A stretch of DNA of 55,417 bases. Origin: a virus. Lineage: Duplodnaviria; Caudoviricetes. Position 1 is the first letter of the stretch. Each line of letters begins with the position of its first letter. Both the position numbers and the translations under genes were made by a program. The notes beneath the pieces are model-generated. The model ran no database searches, was not told the origin of the DNA, and was given only the letters and a program-made list of their open reading frames with translations. This document shows positions 26,054-35,219 of this stretch, piece after piece. Location: IMG/VR virus record IMGVR_UViG_3300025674_000052, positions 1 through 55,417 of that record, one strand, 5' to 3'.

Positions 26054-27267
26054 GCCAACACGGCCTTCTCTCCGGTGAGGTTCTCCCAGCGGCGGACGAT
26101 CACATCGCAGTAGGCCGGGCTCAACTCCATGCCGTAGCAAGAGCGGCCCAGCTGTTCAGCGGCGATCAAGGTCGTGCCGGAGCCAAGGAACGGGTCATAC
26201 ACATCGCCTGAATGGTTCCGCATCAGGTTGCTCATGCAAGCCAGGGCCTTCTGCGTCGGGTGAGGCGTGCGCTCCTCTTTGGAGCCAGACATGATGTGGT
26301 TCGGAGGAGCCGCGTCGATCACAGTGGTCTGCTTGCGATCTCCGATCCAGTCGTGGGTCGCGCCCTTGCGGACACAATACCAGCACGGCTCATGCTTGAA
26401 GTGGTAACTGCTACGGCCAAGGATCAGCACGCTCTTGTTCCAGATGATCTGTTGGGTTGGGATCAAGTCTACCGCTCGTAGGCTGTCCATAACCACGTCG
26501 GTGAACGCAGATGCGTGCCAGACGTAGGCGATGTCACCTTTGAACAGGCCCCAGACGCCTCTCCAATCCGCGACATCGTCTGACTGAATAATGTCGCTGT
26601 TTGCCTTTCCAAGCGCCTTGTCGCCTAGTGCCTTGTCTCTCCAGGCTGGCCTGTAGTTCACGCCATACGGCGGATCGGTGACCATCATGTTTGGATTGTC
26701 GCCGTTCATGAGTCTCTCGACATCATCTGCCTTTGTCGAGTCTCCGCACAGAAGGCGGTGCTTACCAAGTAACCAGAGGTCGCCCACCTTCGTGATCGGC
26801 TCGTCCGGCGTCTCCGGCACCTCGTCCTCGACGACGTCGCCTGCCGATGCCACGCCTGCCGCTTTCTTGACCTCCGCAAGTTCCTCTGCCGTGAAGCCAG
26901 TGTCTTCCATCGGAACCTCAGCCTCCTCCAGTGCTTGGAGAGTTGCTGCGAGGACCTCTGCGTCCCACTCGGCCAGCTCCGCGCTGCGGTTGTCCGCAAT
27001 GGCAAAGGCGGTCATCTCGTCTCCTGAGAGGTCAGAGACGACCACGCTCAGCTCCTCCCACCCAAGGGACCGCGCAGCTTCGAGCGTGCCGTTCCCGGCT
27101 CGCACAACACCGGCAGAGTCCACGACGATGGGCTTCTGCTGCCCAAAGCGTTGCAGGCTGCGCCTGATGGCGTCGAGGTTTGCTTCTGAGTGGGTCCGCG
27201 CGTTGGCCGGGTCACAGGATAGGCTTGCCACATCCCGTCTTTCGACTCTGAGGCTGGTCGTGTTCAT
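26050..27267 (-). CDS. ParB-N domain plus N4/N6 (beta-class) DNA methyltransferase, 405 aa
   Basis: ParB motifs, TDPPY, HPTQK and DPFLGSGTT. Confidence 0.92.
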   Translation of the reverse strand: MNTTSLRVERRDVASLSCDPANARTHSEANLDAIRRSLQRFGQQKPIVVDSAGVVRAGNGTLEAARSLGWEELSVVVSDLSGDEMTAFAIADNRSAELAEWDAEVLAATLQALEEAEVPMEDTGFTAEELAEVKKAAGVASAGDVVEDEVPETPDEPITKVGDLWLLGKHRLLCGDSTKADDVERLMNGDNPNMMVTDPPYGVNYRPAWRDKALGDKALGKANSDIIQSDDVADWRGVWGLFKGDIAYVWHASAFTDVVMDSLRAVDLIPTQQIIWNKSVLILGRSSYHFKHEPCWYCVRKGATHDWIGDRKQTTVIDAAPPNHIMSGSKEERTPHPTQKALACMSNLMRNHSGDVYDPFLGSGTTLIAAEQLGRSCYGMELSPAYCDVIVRRWENLTGEKAVLA

Positions 27268-27276
27268 GCAAGGAGT

Positions 27277-27825
27277 CTAGCAACTGCTCGGCGGCGTAAG
27301 GCTGGCAAGCCGAGCCGTCGCAGCAATAAGCGCAGCATCCGCGAGCCCCCACCGAGCTTTCACCTGGAGGTCTGCCGTTAGCTCAGGCCACCGCTCGCCA
27401 GCGACGAGTGCGGCGCTCGCCTTGATCTGCTCGCGGCTGCCCTTGCGGTGCCCTCGGAGGAACGTGCGCTGCCAGTCCTTCGGGCTGATCTCGACCGTAG
27501 CGGCACCGATGGCTTCCGCGAAGTCAAAGCAGACCTGGAGGCTGCGCCCGAAGCTGAAGGCCGAGACCACTCCGTCGCTCGGAGCGGAGGAGACGCGCTC
27601 AATGGCGACGGTCACGGTCTCGTGCGGTGTCGCGGCGTCTCGGTATCTGATGCCCTCCTGGGTTGCCTCTAGCCAACGGAGGAGCAGGGCGAGGCTGGGT
27701 CGGGAGCGTTTCGTGCCCTTGCCCACCACCGGCATGAGGCTGTGCCCGACGAGCCGGCCACCCCTGTCGAGGATGACCAGCCCGCCGGTCTTGCCGGGGT
27801 CGATACCGATCCACAAGTCGGTCAC
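27277..27825 (-). CDS. RuvC-like Holliday junction resolvase, 182 aa
   Basis: IGIDPGKTG, VAIERV, SAFSFG and ADAALIA motifs. GTGA coupling. Confidence 0.85.
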   Translation of the reverse strand: MTDLWIGIDPGKTGGLVILDRGGRLVGHSLMPVVGKGTKRSRPSLALLLRWLEATQEGIRYRDAATPHETVTVAIERVSSAPSDGVVSAFSFGRSLQVCFDFAEAIGAATVEISPKDWQRTFLRGHRKGSREQIKASAALVAGERWPELTADLQVKARWGLADAALIAATARLASLTPPSSC

Positions 27826-29054
27826 CCGATCGGCTGGCCGGTGATGCCGTCGAACACAAGCTCTCCGCCGGGGCAGTCGATGTCGTGCTTGACGGACTGC
27901 TGCTGCCCCTGAGCGTTGGCGGCGAGCAGGATGTTCAGCCGAACGCCCTTGCTGCGGCAGTTGCGGAACACGATGCGCTTGGTCTTCGTGCCGTCCAGGT
28001 TGCCGTAGTCCTTGTCGACGCTGATGAAGGGCAAGTTGTGATCCCGAGCAATGAACGCACAGTCCTCGAAGACGACCTCGTCCACCGAGCGCAGCTCGGC
28101 TAGGGCGCGGTCGCCTGCCGTGAAGTCGAACAGGCAATTCTTCAGGAACACCTCCCGCATCATGTTCTGCCCTGCGAGCGGCTCGTTCCCCTGCGAGGGC
28201 GTGACGACGAGGCCGCCGGTGCTTCGCTTGCCTGACCGCTCTTCGTCCCACCGGCAGACGAAGCTGCTGTCCTCAATGGCAATCGAGCCGGGGAACTCTG
28301 AGGTGCCAGGGCTGAAGTACGTCAGGTTGAAGCTCGGTCGGGTGCCTCCATCGGCGCAGTCGACGAAGTGCGAGTCGAGCACAATGTGCTCTGGCTCCGC
28401 GTCGTACGGCATATTGTCGCCGTCGTACTGCTGGTAAGGCAGCGGTCGATATGCCCACTGCGCTCCCTGGCTCCCGACACGCAGGAAGGTGCAGCCATCG
28501 AGCCTTGTGTTGCCGCTGTTGGAGACGTACAGGCCGTGCTCCTGCGTGATCTCCGTGAAGTCGCAGTCGATGAACGAGCGGTCGGGAGTGTTGTACTCGC
28601 GGGTGCCCCACTTGAGCTGTCGCGCGTCTTCAGCGGCGGTCACGCCGATGTTCCGCCACTCGTAGCTGCCGCCTCGGCGCTTCAGCTCGCCTCGGTGCAT
28701 ATTGGAAGACCACTGGGCGTAGCCCTGCGGGACGAGCGACTCCTTGTTCTGCCACACGAGGTCTTCGCCGGTCTGCCAGTCGTTGGCGCGGATGTCCCCG
28801 AGGGTGCCGACGTCCTCACGCGCAGCGCGGCTCTCCCTGAGCGCCGGCAACCTGACCAGCTTGTTGGTCTCGACGTCGTTGTCGATGCAGTCAAGCGCCT
28901 TGAACTCTCCGGGCACCGGCTCGGGCGGGTCCGGCGGTTCGGGCGGGTCGGGCGGCTGCGGAGGGTCAGGCGGGTTGATCGCAGGGAGGATCGGTTTCGC
29001 GAGCGCGGCCTCGATGCGGGCCACCCTCCGGCTGAGGTCGTTGATGTTGCTCAT
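27822..29054 (-). CDS. Putative right-handed beta-helix (pectin lyase-like) protein with an N-terminal coil and Pro-rich linker, 410 aa
   Basis: Repeated F.DC.F / L..C.F strands, EHGLYVSN motif, (PPD/PPE)n linker. Confidence 0.6.
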   Translation of the reverse strand: MSNINDLSRRVARIEAALAKPILPAINPPDPPQPPDPPEPPDPPEPVPGEFKALDCIDNDVETNKLVRLPALRESRAAREDVGTLGDIRANDWQTGEDLVWQNKESLVPQGYAQWSSNMHRGELKRRGGSYEWRNIGVTAAEDARQLKWGTREYNTPDRSFIDCDFTEITQEHGLYVSNSGNTRLDGCTFLRVGSQGAQWAYRPLPYQQYDGDNMPYDAEPEHIVLDSHFVDCADGGTRPSFNLTYFSPGTSEFPGSIAIEDSSFVCRWDEERSGKRSTGGLVVTPSQGNEPLAGQNMMREVFLKNCLFDFTAGDRALAELRSVDEVVFEDCAFIARDHNLPFISVDKDYGNLDGTKTKRIVFRNCRSKGVRLNILLAANAQGQQQSVKHDIDCPGGELVFDGITGQPIG

Positions 29055-29064
29055 GGTTTCTGGG

Positions 29065-29172
29065 CTACAGGGTTTCTCGGATGGCGGCGGTGCATTGCGA
29101 TGCCATGAGGCAGAGCAGTGCCACGATAAGGTAGGGGATGCACCCGCTTCGGGGCTCGTCTTCGATCTTCAC
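29065..29172 (-). CDS. Small membrane peptide, 35 aa (MKIEDEPRSGCIPYLIVALLCLMASQCTAAIRETL)
   Basis: GTGA overlap with the helicase stop. Fills the intergenic gap and has a hydrophobic core. Below the ORF-track cutoff. Confidence 0.45.
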   Translation of the reverse strand: MKIEDEPRSGCIPYLIVALLCLMASQCTAAIRETL

Positions 29173-30983
29173 AGGTCTGCGTACTGCCTCTTGCGGCGGT
29201 ACTTCGGGGCTGGGTCCAAGAGAAAGAGCCGCGAGCTTGCCCTTGTCGCGCCAACGTACATCAGGCGGATGATCTCGTCATGGCCGTCTGGTGACTGCGT
29301 AAACTCCTCGTGGTGTTTCTTCAGGAGGTCTGGTGCTAGGAACACGCTGCCGGCGGTGCCTCCCTTCACACTGTGGATGGTGCCGACGATGAGCCTCGGC
29401 TCGGTCGTCAGGGCTCGAAGGTCCTTGCGGGCCACCTGGATCGGGTAGCGGAGCCGGGCGGCGTTGGCCGGCGTCATGTGCGCCACGAGCCAGTCGAGCG
29501 CCTTCTGCTCAAGGTGCGGGTCGCGGACCATCGGCAGGAGGTAGTTCGCGACGAAGCCGGGGTCCACGAAGATCCGGGCGAGGTCGGCCTTGTCGATGAT
29601 GGCCCTGGGGCGCTTCTTCGCCCACTCGGGGATCAGCCGTGTCTTGGCTCCCTTCACAAACAGGTCCTTCGCGGCGCAGATGCTCGCCCAGTCGTGCAGC
29701 TCGCCCCACCTCCATATGCGAGGCTCAGAAGGATCCGGTGCGCCTTCTGAGATCGAGTCCGACATCGCGTTACTGATGGCGAAAAAGGATCCGATGTGCC
29801 TGTGGGCCGTCTTCAGCGGGTTCCAATCACCTCGGGCGAGGGCGTAGGGGTTGTAGAACCGCATCCCTCGTCGCCTCAGCTCCGCGAGCAGGCTGTTGAG
29901 CAGGAATCCGGCGGAGGCCAGCACCATGACTCGTGCGTTGTCGCCGGTCGCGCCCTCGCGGTCGAGCCGCCTCACCTCCTCGTCGACCAGGCTGGCGAGG
30001 TCGTAGTGTCCTCGGACCTTGCCGGTGATGGAGCAGGCAGGCCGGAGCACCTCGCCGGGGTCGCCGGGCTTGGGCTGGTAGCTGACCGGAACGTGCCGGT
30101 GTGCCCGTTTCGCAAGGCTCTCCGCGAACGTCTGGATGGCCGGCGGCAACCGGAAGGACTGGCCGAGCACCTCGGTCTGCTCCTCAGGGAACGTCGCCGG
30201 GTCGTGGAACGCGGCCCTGGCCGCTCCTCGGAACCCGTAGATGGACTGGTTCGGGTCGCCGGCGAGGGCGAGGAGGTCAATGCCCTCTGCCCACTGCCGG
30301 ATCAGGGCCACCTCCAGCTCGGTGCAATCCTGAGCCTCGTCGACGATCAGGGCCTTGACTGGCGTGTCGTCGTACAGCGGCATCTCAGCGCCCTCGTCGA
30401 GGCACCGCTCGATCAGGTCGGTGAAGTCGGTCATCTGGTTCTGGAGCTTGAAGTCGCTCCAGGCGGCCCAGAACGGCTTGACGTCCGCCGGCCATTGCTC
30501 CGGCGGAACGCGGCGCTGCCGGAGCACCTCGATGCGGGCCAGGGTCGAGTCGCCCGTGATGGGCCTGTAAGCCGCTCTGCCGCGTCTTGGGCCGTTCGCG
30601 ACTCCGTGGTCGACTTGTTCCGCCGCAGCGGCCTCAGGGTCGTCCAGAGCCCTTCCAGCGGATGATGTGAGCTGGAGCAGCGGATCAAGGCCAGCGTGCT
30701 CGTTCCAGGCGGCGAGGCCCTCAGGCGTCTGGATGAGCACAGGTGCCCCCATGAAGTCCGCCAGAGCCCTTCGGGCGAGACTGTGCAGGGTCGCCACCCG
30801 CTCCTTCGGCAGGTGGACGCCAGGGCGGGATGCAATCTCCTTGGCGGCGGCTCGGGTGAGCGAGACCACAGCCACAGCGTGCGGCCCGTACTTCTCGATG
30901 GCCCTTGGAATCCAGCGTGCGGCGAGACGGGTCGTCTTGCCGGTGCCCGGCGGCCCGATCAGGTGATATTCAGTCGCGGTCAT
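29169..30983 (-). CDS. UvrD/Rep-like SF1 helicase, 604 aa
   Basis: GPPGTGKT, VDEAQD, GDPNQSIYGFRGA, TIHSVKG and YVGATRA motifs. Confidence 0.92.
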   Translation of the reverse strand: MTATEYHLIGPPGTGKTTRLAARWIPRAIEKYGPHAVAVVSLTRAAAKEIASRPGVHLPKERVATLHSLARRALADFMGAPVLIQTPEGLAAWNEHAGLDPLLQLTSSAGRALDDPEAAAAEQVDHGVANGPRRGRAAYRPITGDSTLARIEVLRQRRVPPEQWPADVKPFWAAWSDFKLQNQMTDFTDLIERCLDEGAEMPLYDDTPVKALIVDEAQDCTELEVALIRQWAEGIDLLALAGDPNQSIYGFRGAARAAFHDPATFPEEQTEVLGQSFRLPPAIQTFAESLAKRAHRHVPVSYQPKPGDPGEVLRPACSITGKVRGHYDLASLVDEEVRRLDREGATGDNARVMVLASAGFLLNSLLAELRRRGMRFYNPYALARGDWNPLKTAHRHIGSFFAISNAMSDSISEGAPDPSEPRIWRWGELHDWASICAAKDLFVKGAKTRLIPEWAKKRPRAIIDKADLARIFVDPGFVANYLLPMVRDPHLEQKALDWLVAHMTPANAARLRYPIQVARKDLRALTTEPRLIVGTIHSVKGGTAGSVFLAPDLLKKHHEEFTQSPDGHDEIIRLMYVGATRASSRLFLLDPAPKYRRKRQYADL

Positions 30984-31175
30984 GATAAAGCCTCCCCCGA
31001 GGCTCGGTTTTTCGCTGCTTCAGGTGGTCAAATCGCTGCTTCAGATTGCGCCCGATGGGCCTTCTTGGGGTCACGAAGGCCGATTCGCTGAAAACGCTGA
31101 GTGCATTGGCCCCCCCCCCATTCTCGTGTGCGTTTTCGAATCGTCCCCTCATTTCCCCCCCTATAAAGGCTGCGG
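30984..31175. other. Possible replication origin / control region
   Basis: Gap between primase and helicase genes, less GC-rich by eye. TCGCTGCTTCAG repeats at 31012 and 31033 (21-bp period), plus C10 and C7 runs. Confidence 0.35.
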
Positions 31176-33176
31176 TCACGCTGCCTCGTCCGTCAGGCCG
31201 TCCTCGAAGGCGGTGTCGAGCCACTGCCCGATCTCCGGCGGCCCATGCTCTTGGAGCACAGCTCGCGGCACCCGGAGGTAGCCGGAGCGGCTCGTGCGCT
31301 TGCCTGAGCCGTCCACGCACTGCACGGCGATGAACTTGCAGCCAGCGTTGGCGCTCTCGATCAGCAGCCTCAGCGTCCGCCGGGCCATCGCGGGGCACTG
31401 CGGATCCTCGTCGATCCAGTTCGTGAGGGCTTGCCCGTCGATGACGACGCTGCGCCCCTCCTTCCCCTTACCGTTCTCGTACAGCAGGCAGGGCTGACGG
31501 AGCGCCACCTGATGGCCCCAGCTCTTGGTCTTGGGCAGCCACGCCGGCTGGCCCACCCCGAGGAGGCGGTCCACAGCAAATCGGACGACGCTCCTGAGGA
31601 TCTGGCTCGCCTCGTCGCCTGAGTCGAACTCCACCGAGGCCAGCCGGATCGCCGTGAGCACCGGTGCCCACTGGCGCTTCTTCCCGGGCTTCGTCGTGAA
31701 CGGCTCCACGATGGCCCCCGTGGCGCTCCAAAGGTTCGACAGGAAGTCGTGACTCGATGCGAACAGGCTCTGGCTCGTGCACTCAAACATCGCCCCTGGG
31801 CCGGTCTGGAAGATCCAGACGCTCCTGGCCGCTGCGGTCGCGGCGCTGAACTTGACCAGTGCGATCTCCCGCTCGTCCTTCAAGCCCAGCGCGCTGTTGA
31901 GCGCCTCCAGGGCTCGCTGCCGAACCGTCGCGTCCAAGCTCTCCGTCTCCACGAGGATGACCTGCGCTCGCTCCTTAGCCGCCGGCGGTGCCGCTGGGTC
32001 TTGGGCCACCTTCTCAGCCTCCTCGCGGCGCTCGACGATCTTGGCGCACTCCTCGATGGCCTGCTTGTTCCTCTGATCCTCGTCCACGGCGCGGAGCGCC
32101 TTCTGGATCGTCCCGAGGTAGTAGTCGGCGCGGTGGACCTTCTTGCTGTCGGTCGCGTTGCCCTGCATCCGGTGGTAGCGGAGCAGGTCCACGATCTCCT
32201 GCACAGGCATATCCGTCGCCGCGAGCCTCGTGGCAAGGCTCAGGTCCATCTCGCTCTGCGAGGGTAGGCTGCGGCGCTTGCGGTCCCAGACGATCCTCAG
32301 GTCGTCGTCGATCTCGCACAGGTCGTAGATCCGCTCCTTCAGCTCCTGAGAGATCGCGCTCGGGTCCTTGTCGAGCGTGAACTGGATGCGGTCGTCGAAC
32401 TGGGCAGCGGCCTCCTGGGCGACCGACTTGGGCGCGGCCAGCGTCAGGTCGCTCGGCACGCTCATCCACAGGGTGTCGATGCTGTAGCGCGGCCCTGTCT
32501 CCTTCCATGTCACCGGCCTCGGATCGCCGTGCGACAGGTTCTGGCCGCCGGGGATCCGCATGACTCGGGGCAACGCCCAGGTCTGGTCATCGGCCCAGCC
32601 GTTGGCGGCAAGCTCGTCGCGGACCATCGCCTGGATGCTCTGGCAGAGCCGCTCCAGCGCCTCGCGGCTGCGCTCGGTGCCCTCCTCGAACTCGACGACG
32701 CCCTCCTCAAACAGGTAGTAGGCGTGGATGCCTCCGCCGGTCCACACGGTGATCGTCGGCGGCCCGATGGGCACGGCGCGGAGCAGGGCCGCGTACGCCT
32801 CGTCGGTGTCAGGGCAGAGGTGCTTCTTCTTGTGCCCGTCGCTTCGGATGTCGATGTCGACCCAGACGCCGGGCATCGCGCAGAGGTCCTCCGTGGCCCC
32901 TTGGAGCTGCTCGATGTTCTTGCCCTGGTCTCGGGCCTTCTCGCGCAGGGCTCGGTCGTCGCGGGCGCAGACGCCGAAGTAGCTGACGTTCTCGAACCCT
33001 CCGGTGAACGCCTTGTCGGCGGCGTCGTCGGCGGAGTAGGAGAGCCGGGTCAGCTTGCTGGCCTTGCTCCAGACCGTGATGCAGCCCTTCGGGAGCCGCT
33101 CTCCGTCCGGCTCAAAGATCAGGGCAAGGAACTTGCGGGCGACGGCGGCGGGGCTACGATCTTCAGTGCTGGTCAT
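31176..33176 (-). CDS. RepB/AEP-like DNA primase-domain replication protein, 666 aa
   Basis: VWVDID, WTGGGIHAYY and RVMRIPG motifs, plus a SQSEMDLSLA primase C-terminal-like motif. Confidence 0.75.
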   Translation of the reverse strand: MTSTEDRSPAAVARKFLALIFEPDGERLPKGCITVWSKASKLTRLSYSADDAADKAFTGGFENVSYFGVCARDDRALREKARDQGKNIEQLQGATEDLCAMPGVWVDIDIRSDGHKKKHLCPDTDEAYAALLRAVPIGPPTITVWTGGGIHAYYLFEEGVVEFEEGTERSREALERLCQSIQAMVRDELAANGWADDQTWALPRVMRIPGGQNLSHGDPRPVTWKETGPRYSIDTLWMSVPSDLTLAAPKSVAQEAAAQFDDRIQFTLDKDPSAISQELKERIYDLCEIDDDLRIVWDRKRRSLPSQSEMDLSLATRLAATDMPVQEIVDLLRYHRMQGNATDSKKVHRADYYLGTIQKALRAVDEDQRNKQAIEECAKIVERREEAEKVAQDPAAPPAAKERAQVILVETESLDATVRQRALEALNSALGLKDEREIALVKFSAATAAARSVWIFQTGPGAMFECTSQSLFASSHDFLSNLWSATGAIVEPFTTKPGKKRQWAPVLTAIRLASVEFDSGDEASQILRSVVRFAVDRLLGVGQPAWLPKTKSWGHQVALRQPCLLYENGKGKEGRSVVIDGQALTNWIDEDPQCPAMARRTLRLLIESANAGCKFIAVQCVDGSGKRTSRSGYLRVPRAVLQEHGPPEIGQWLDTAFEDGLTDEAA

Positions 33177-33271
33177 GTACGGCTTCGGCTGTCTTGAACG
33201 GTGCGAATTGTGCTTCCCCCTCTGCACGGCGAGCCGCCAGGGTCCCCCCACCCTGACGGCTCGCTTCTTTG

Positions 33272-33988
33272 TCAGGCCCTTTGCGCGGCGTCGGCAAGGA
33301 TGCCCGACAGCTCTGCGAGGCGGCCAGTCTCGTCCTCGGTGAGGTCGCGGACGAAGCTGAACTCGACGGTGTAGTAGTCCGGGGATCCGCTTTGCTTCGC
33401 GAGCGACAGCCTCGTGACGGATCGGCTGAGGCGCTTACGTCCGTTCACTAGCTTCATCTTGTACTGCTTGAACGGCTTCAGCGTGGCCGCCGGGATCTGC
33501 AACACCATCGGCAGGAGTGCGTCTCCGTTGAAGATCACGAGCCTGACGCGCTGCTTGCACGCCTGCCCCTTCCCTCCGCCGAGGTCGCTGCCGAACTTGC
33601 TGAACGCGCAGGACGCGCAGTCCTGCTCGGTCACGGGCAGGTCGTCGTTGCTGGCGCTCGCATGGATGGCGTCGATGTCTCGACACCCGTGCCCGACGCG
33701 ACCGTCAGCGCTGGAGCAGTGCGGCGGCCCTCCGTCGCCCTCGTCGATGCCGGTGGCGTAGAAGCTCCGCTCGATGGGCGACTCGTAGGCCACTACAACG
33801 TCGAGGGTCTTCTCGAACCGCTCGCCGTCGAGCGACTCGATGACGAAGGCTGCGCCTCCGGCGCCTGACGGCACCACGAGCTTCTGGAGGTCCGCCGGCG
33901 TCGGCTGCACTTCTGCGATCATTGCAGCGGCCTCCGGGTCGGTCAGGGAGAGGAACGTGTCGGCTTTCTTGGCTACTTCTTTGGTCAT
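33272..33988 (-). CDS. Conserved phage replication protein, possibly ssDNA-binding, Cys-containing, 238 aa
   Basis: PPHCSSADG...CASCAFSKFGS...GQACK pattern in the replication module. Confidence 0.6.
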   Translation of the reverse strand: MTKEVAKKADTFLSLTDPEAAAMIAEVQPTPADLQKLVVPSGAGGAAFVIESLDGERFEKTLDVVVAYESPIERSFYATGIDEGDGGPPHCSSADGRVGHGCRDIDAIHASASNDDLPVTEQDCASCAFSKFGSDLGGGKGQACKQRVRLVIFNGDALLPMVLQIPAATLKPFKQYKMKLVNGRKRLSRSVTRLSLAKQSGSPDYYTVEFSFVRDLTEDETGRLAELSGILADAAQRA

Positions 33989-34052
33989 GGTTCTGGGTGG
34001 GTTGGGCCGCCCTGGGCGGCGGTGTGCAACCTCAGCGTTCGCTGAAGCTGTG

Positions 34053-34232
34053 CTAGTAGTCGCCGTAGTAGGAGTCGGGCGGCTCGGGGTTGTAGTCGTT
34101 GAACTTGCGGTCCTGATATCCACGGTCGTAGGCGGCCTTCCGGTGGCGTGCGTTGCACTCGCCCACAAACCAGAGGAGAACAAAGACGGCGATGAGGAGG
34201 CCGCAGCCTCCGTCCTTGGGTTGGTAGGTCAT
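34053..34232 (-). CDS. Small membrane protein, 59 aa (MTYQPKDGGCGLLIAVFVLLWF...)
   Basis: ATG 2 nt after the upstream stop. One TM helix. Below the ORF-track cutoff. Confidence 0.55.
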   Translation of the reverse strand: MTYQPKDGGCGLLIAVFVLLWFVGECNARHRKAAYDRGYQDRKFNDYNPEPPDSYYGDY

Positions 34233-34234
34233 GG

Positions 34235-34342
34235 TTACTCGGGGCCTCTGTACCAGATGGGAGCGGTGACTCCTGCCAGGAGGACGAACAAGCCGAGGGC
34301 TGCGGCTGCTCCAAACGCGATCAGCTTGAGGGCGAACAACAT
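34235..34342 (-). CDS. Small membrane peptide, 35 aa (MLFALKLIAFGAAAALGLFVLLAGVTAPIWYRGPE)
   Basis: TGATG coupling and a hydrophobic sequence. Confidence 0.5.
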   Translation of the reverse strand: MLFALKLIAFGAAAALGLFVLLAGVTAPIWYRGPE

Positions 34343-34800
34343 CAGACCCTCTTGATCCCGAGGGTCAACGTCGTGTCCACCTTGAGGACCTCACCCAGCT
34401 TGCCGGGCAGGGCCTCCGCGATCACAGACGCGGTCGCGTCCCTCACGTTAGCCTCGTCGGCCATTTCGCGCACGATGGCGCTCAGGCTGTTCGTGTTGAC
34501 GGACTCCTTGATGAGGTGCTCGTAGCCCTGCTCGCGGAGGGCGTCGAGGAACGCGCCCTCGTCGGCGTCCTTGTTGCGCCGGGCGAACAGCCGGTTGATC
34601 GGGTAGACGCGGGCGCGGCCTCCGTCTGGGGCGAACACCTCGACGCTGGGGGCCTCGGCGTACAGCATCTCGTCGACGAGCTGGTCCCGCATTCCGTCGC
34701 GGGTCTTCTTGGCGGCCTTGAGTTTCTCTTCGAGGACGCGGACATCCTCGTCGGCGGCAACGAAGTCGCGAGCAAGGTCTTGGACTGAATTGAGTGTCAT
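34342..34800 (-). CDS. Conserved phage coiled-coil protein, 152 aa
   Basis: N-terminal coiled coil and LIKESVNTNSLSA motif. A protein type often seen beside phage SNF2/SSB genes. Confidence 0.7.
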   Translation of the reverse strand: MTLNSVQDLARDFVAADEDVRVLEEKLKAAKKTRDGMRDQLVDEMLYAEAPSVEVFAPDGGRARVYPINRLFARRNKDADEGAFLDALREQGYEHLIKESVNTNSLSAIVREMADEANVRDATASVIAEALPGKLGEVLKVDTTLTLGIKRV

Positions 34801-34894
34801 GGGTTGGAACGGGTGCGAGGATGAGCTTTGCAGCTCAGCCTCAAGGGATGGGAGCCCTCCGGCGGCGGTGCGCCGGAGGCGTGCGGGTCGCGGG

Positions 34895-35125
34895 CTATGC
34901 CCAGTCGCAGGAGGTCTTGCCGCGCTCAAAGCCGCCACCCTCAAGTTGGCCCTGCCACTCGGACCAAGCATCCCGAGCCAGCTGAGCTGAGGCAAAGGCT
35001 TGGCGTCGGAGACATTCGTTTGCCCCTCCCGCTGTGTTCACGAGGAAAAGGGTGCAGGTCTTCGAGTTGAAGGACAGGCGGCGGACGTTGACGTTGTTGC
35101 GGGTGAACTTGCGGGTGATGGTCAT
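34895..35125 (-). CDS. Hypothetical early protein, 76 aa (MTITRKF...)
   Basis: ATG downstream of cassette P4 at the same spacing as in P1 and P2. Confidence 0.65.
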   Translation of the reverse strand: MTITRKFTRNNVNVRRLSFNSKTCTLFLVNTAGGANECLRRQAFASAQLARDAWSEWQGQLEGGGFERGKTSCDWA

Positions 35126-35218
35126 GGCTGGATCCGTGTTGCTGGCGAGGGCTGATTCCCTTGACCTCCTTACCTTCGGCTGTTCGGCTCGTTTCCGCAA
35201 GACTCTTTCGGAAAAACA
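35126..35218 (-). promoter_or_regulatory. Promoter-hairpin cassette P4
   Basis: TTGCGG (35200), N17, GAAGGT, then AGGGAATCAGCCCT and CGCCAGCAAC. Confidence 0.8.
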
Positions 35219-35219
35219 G

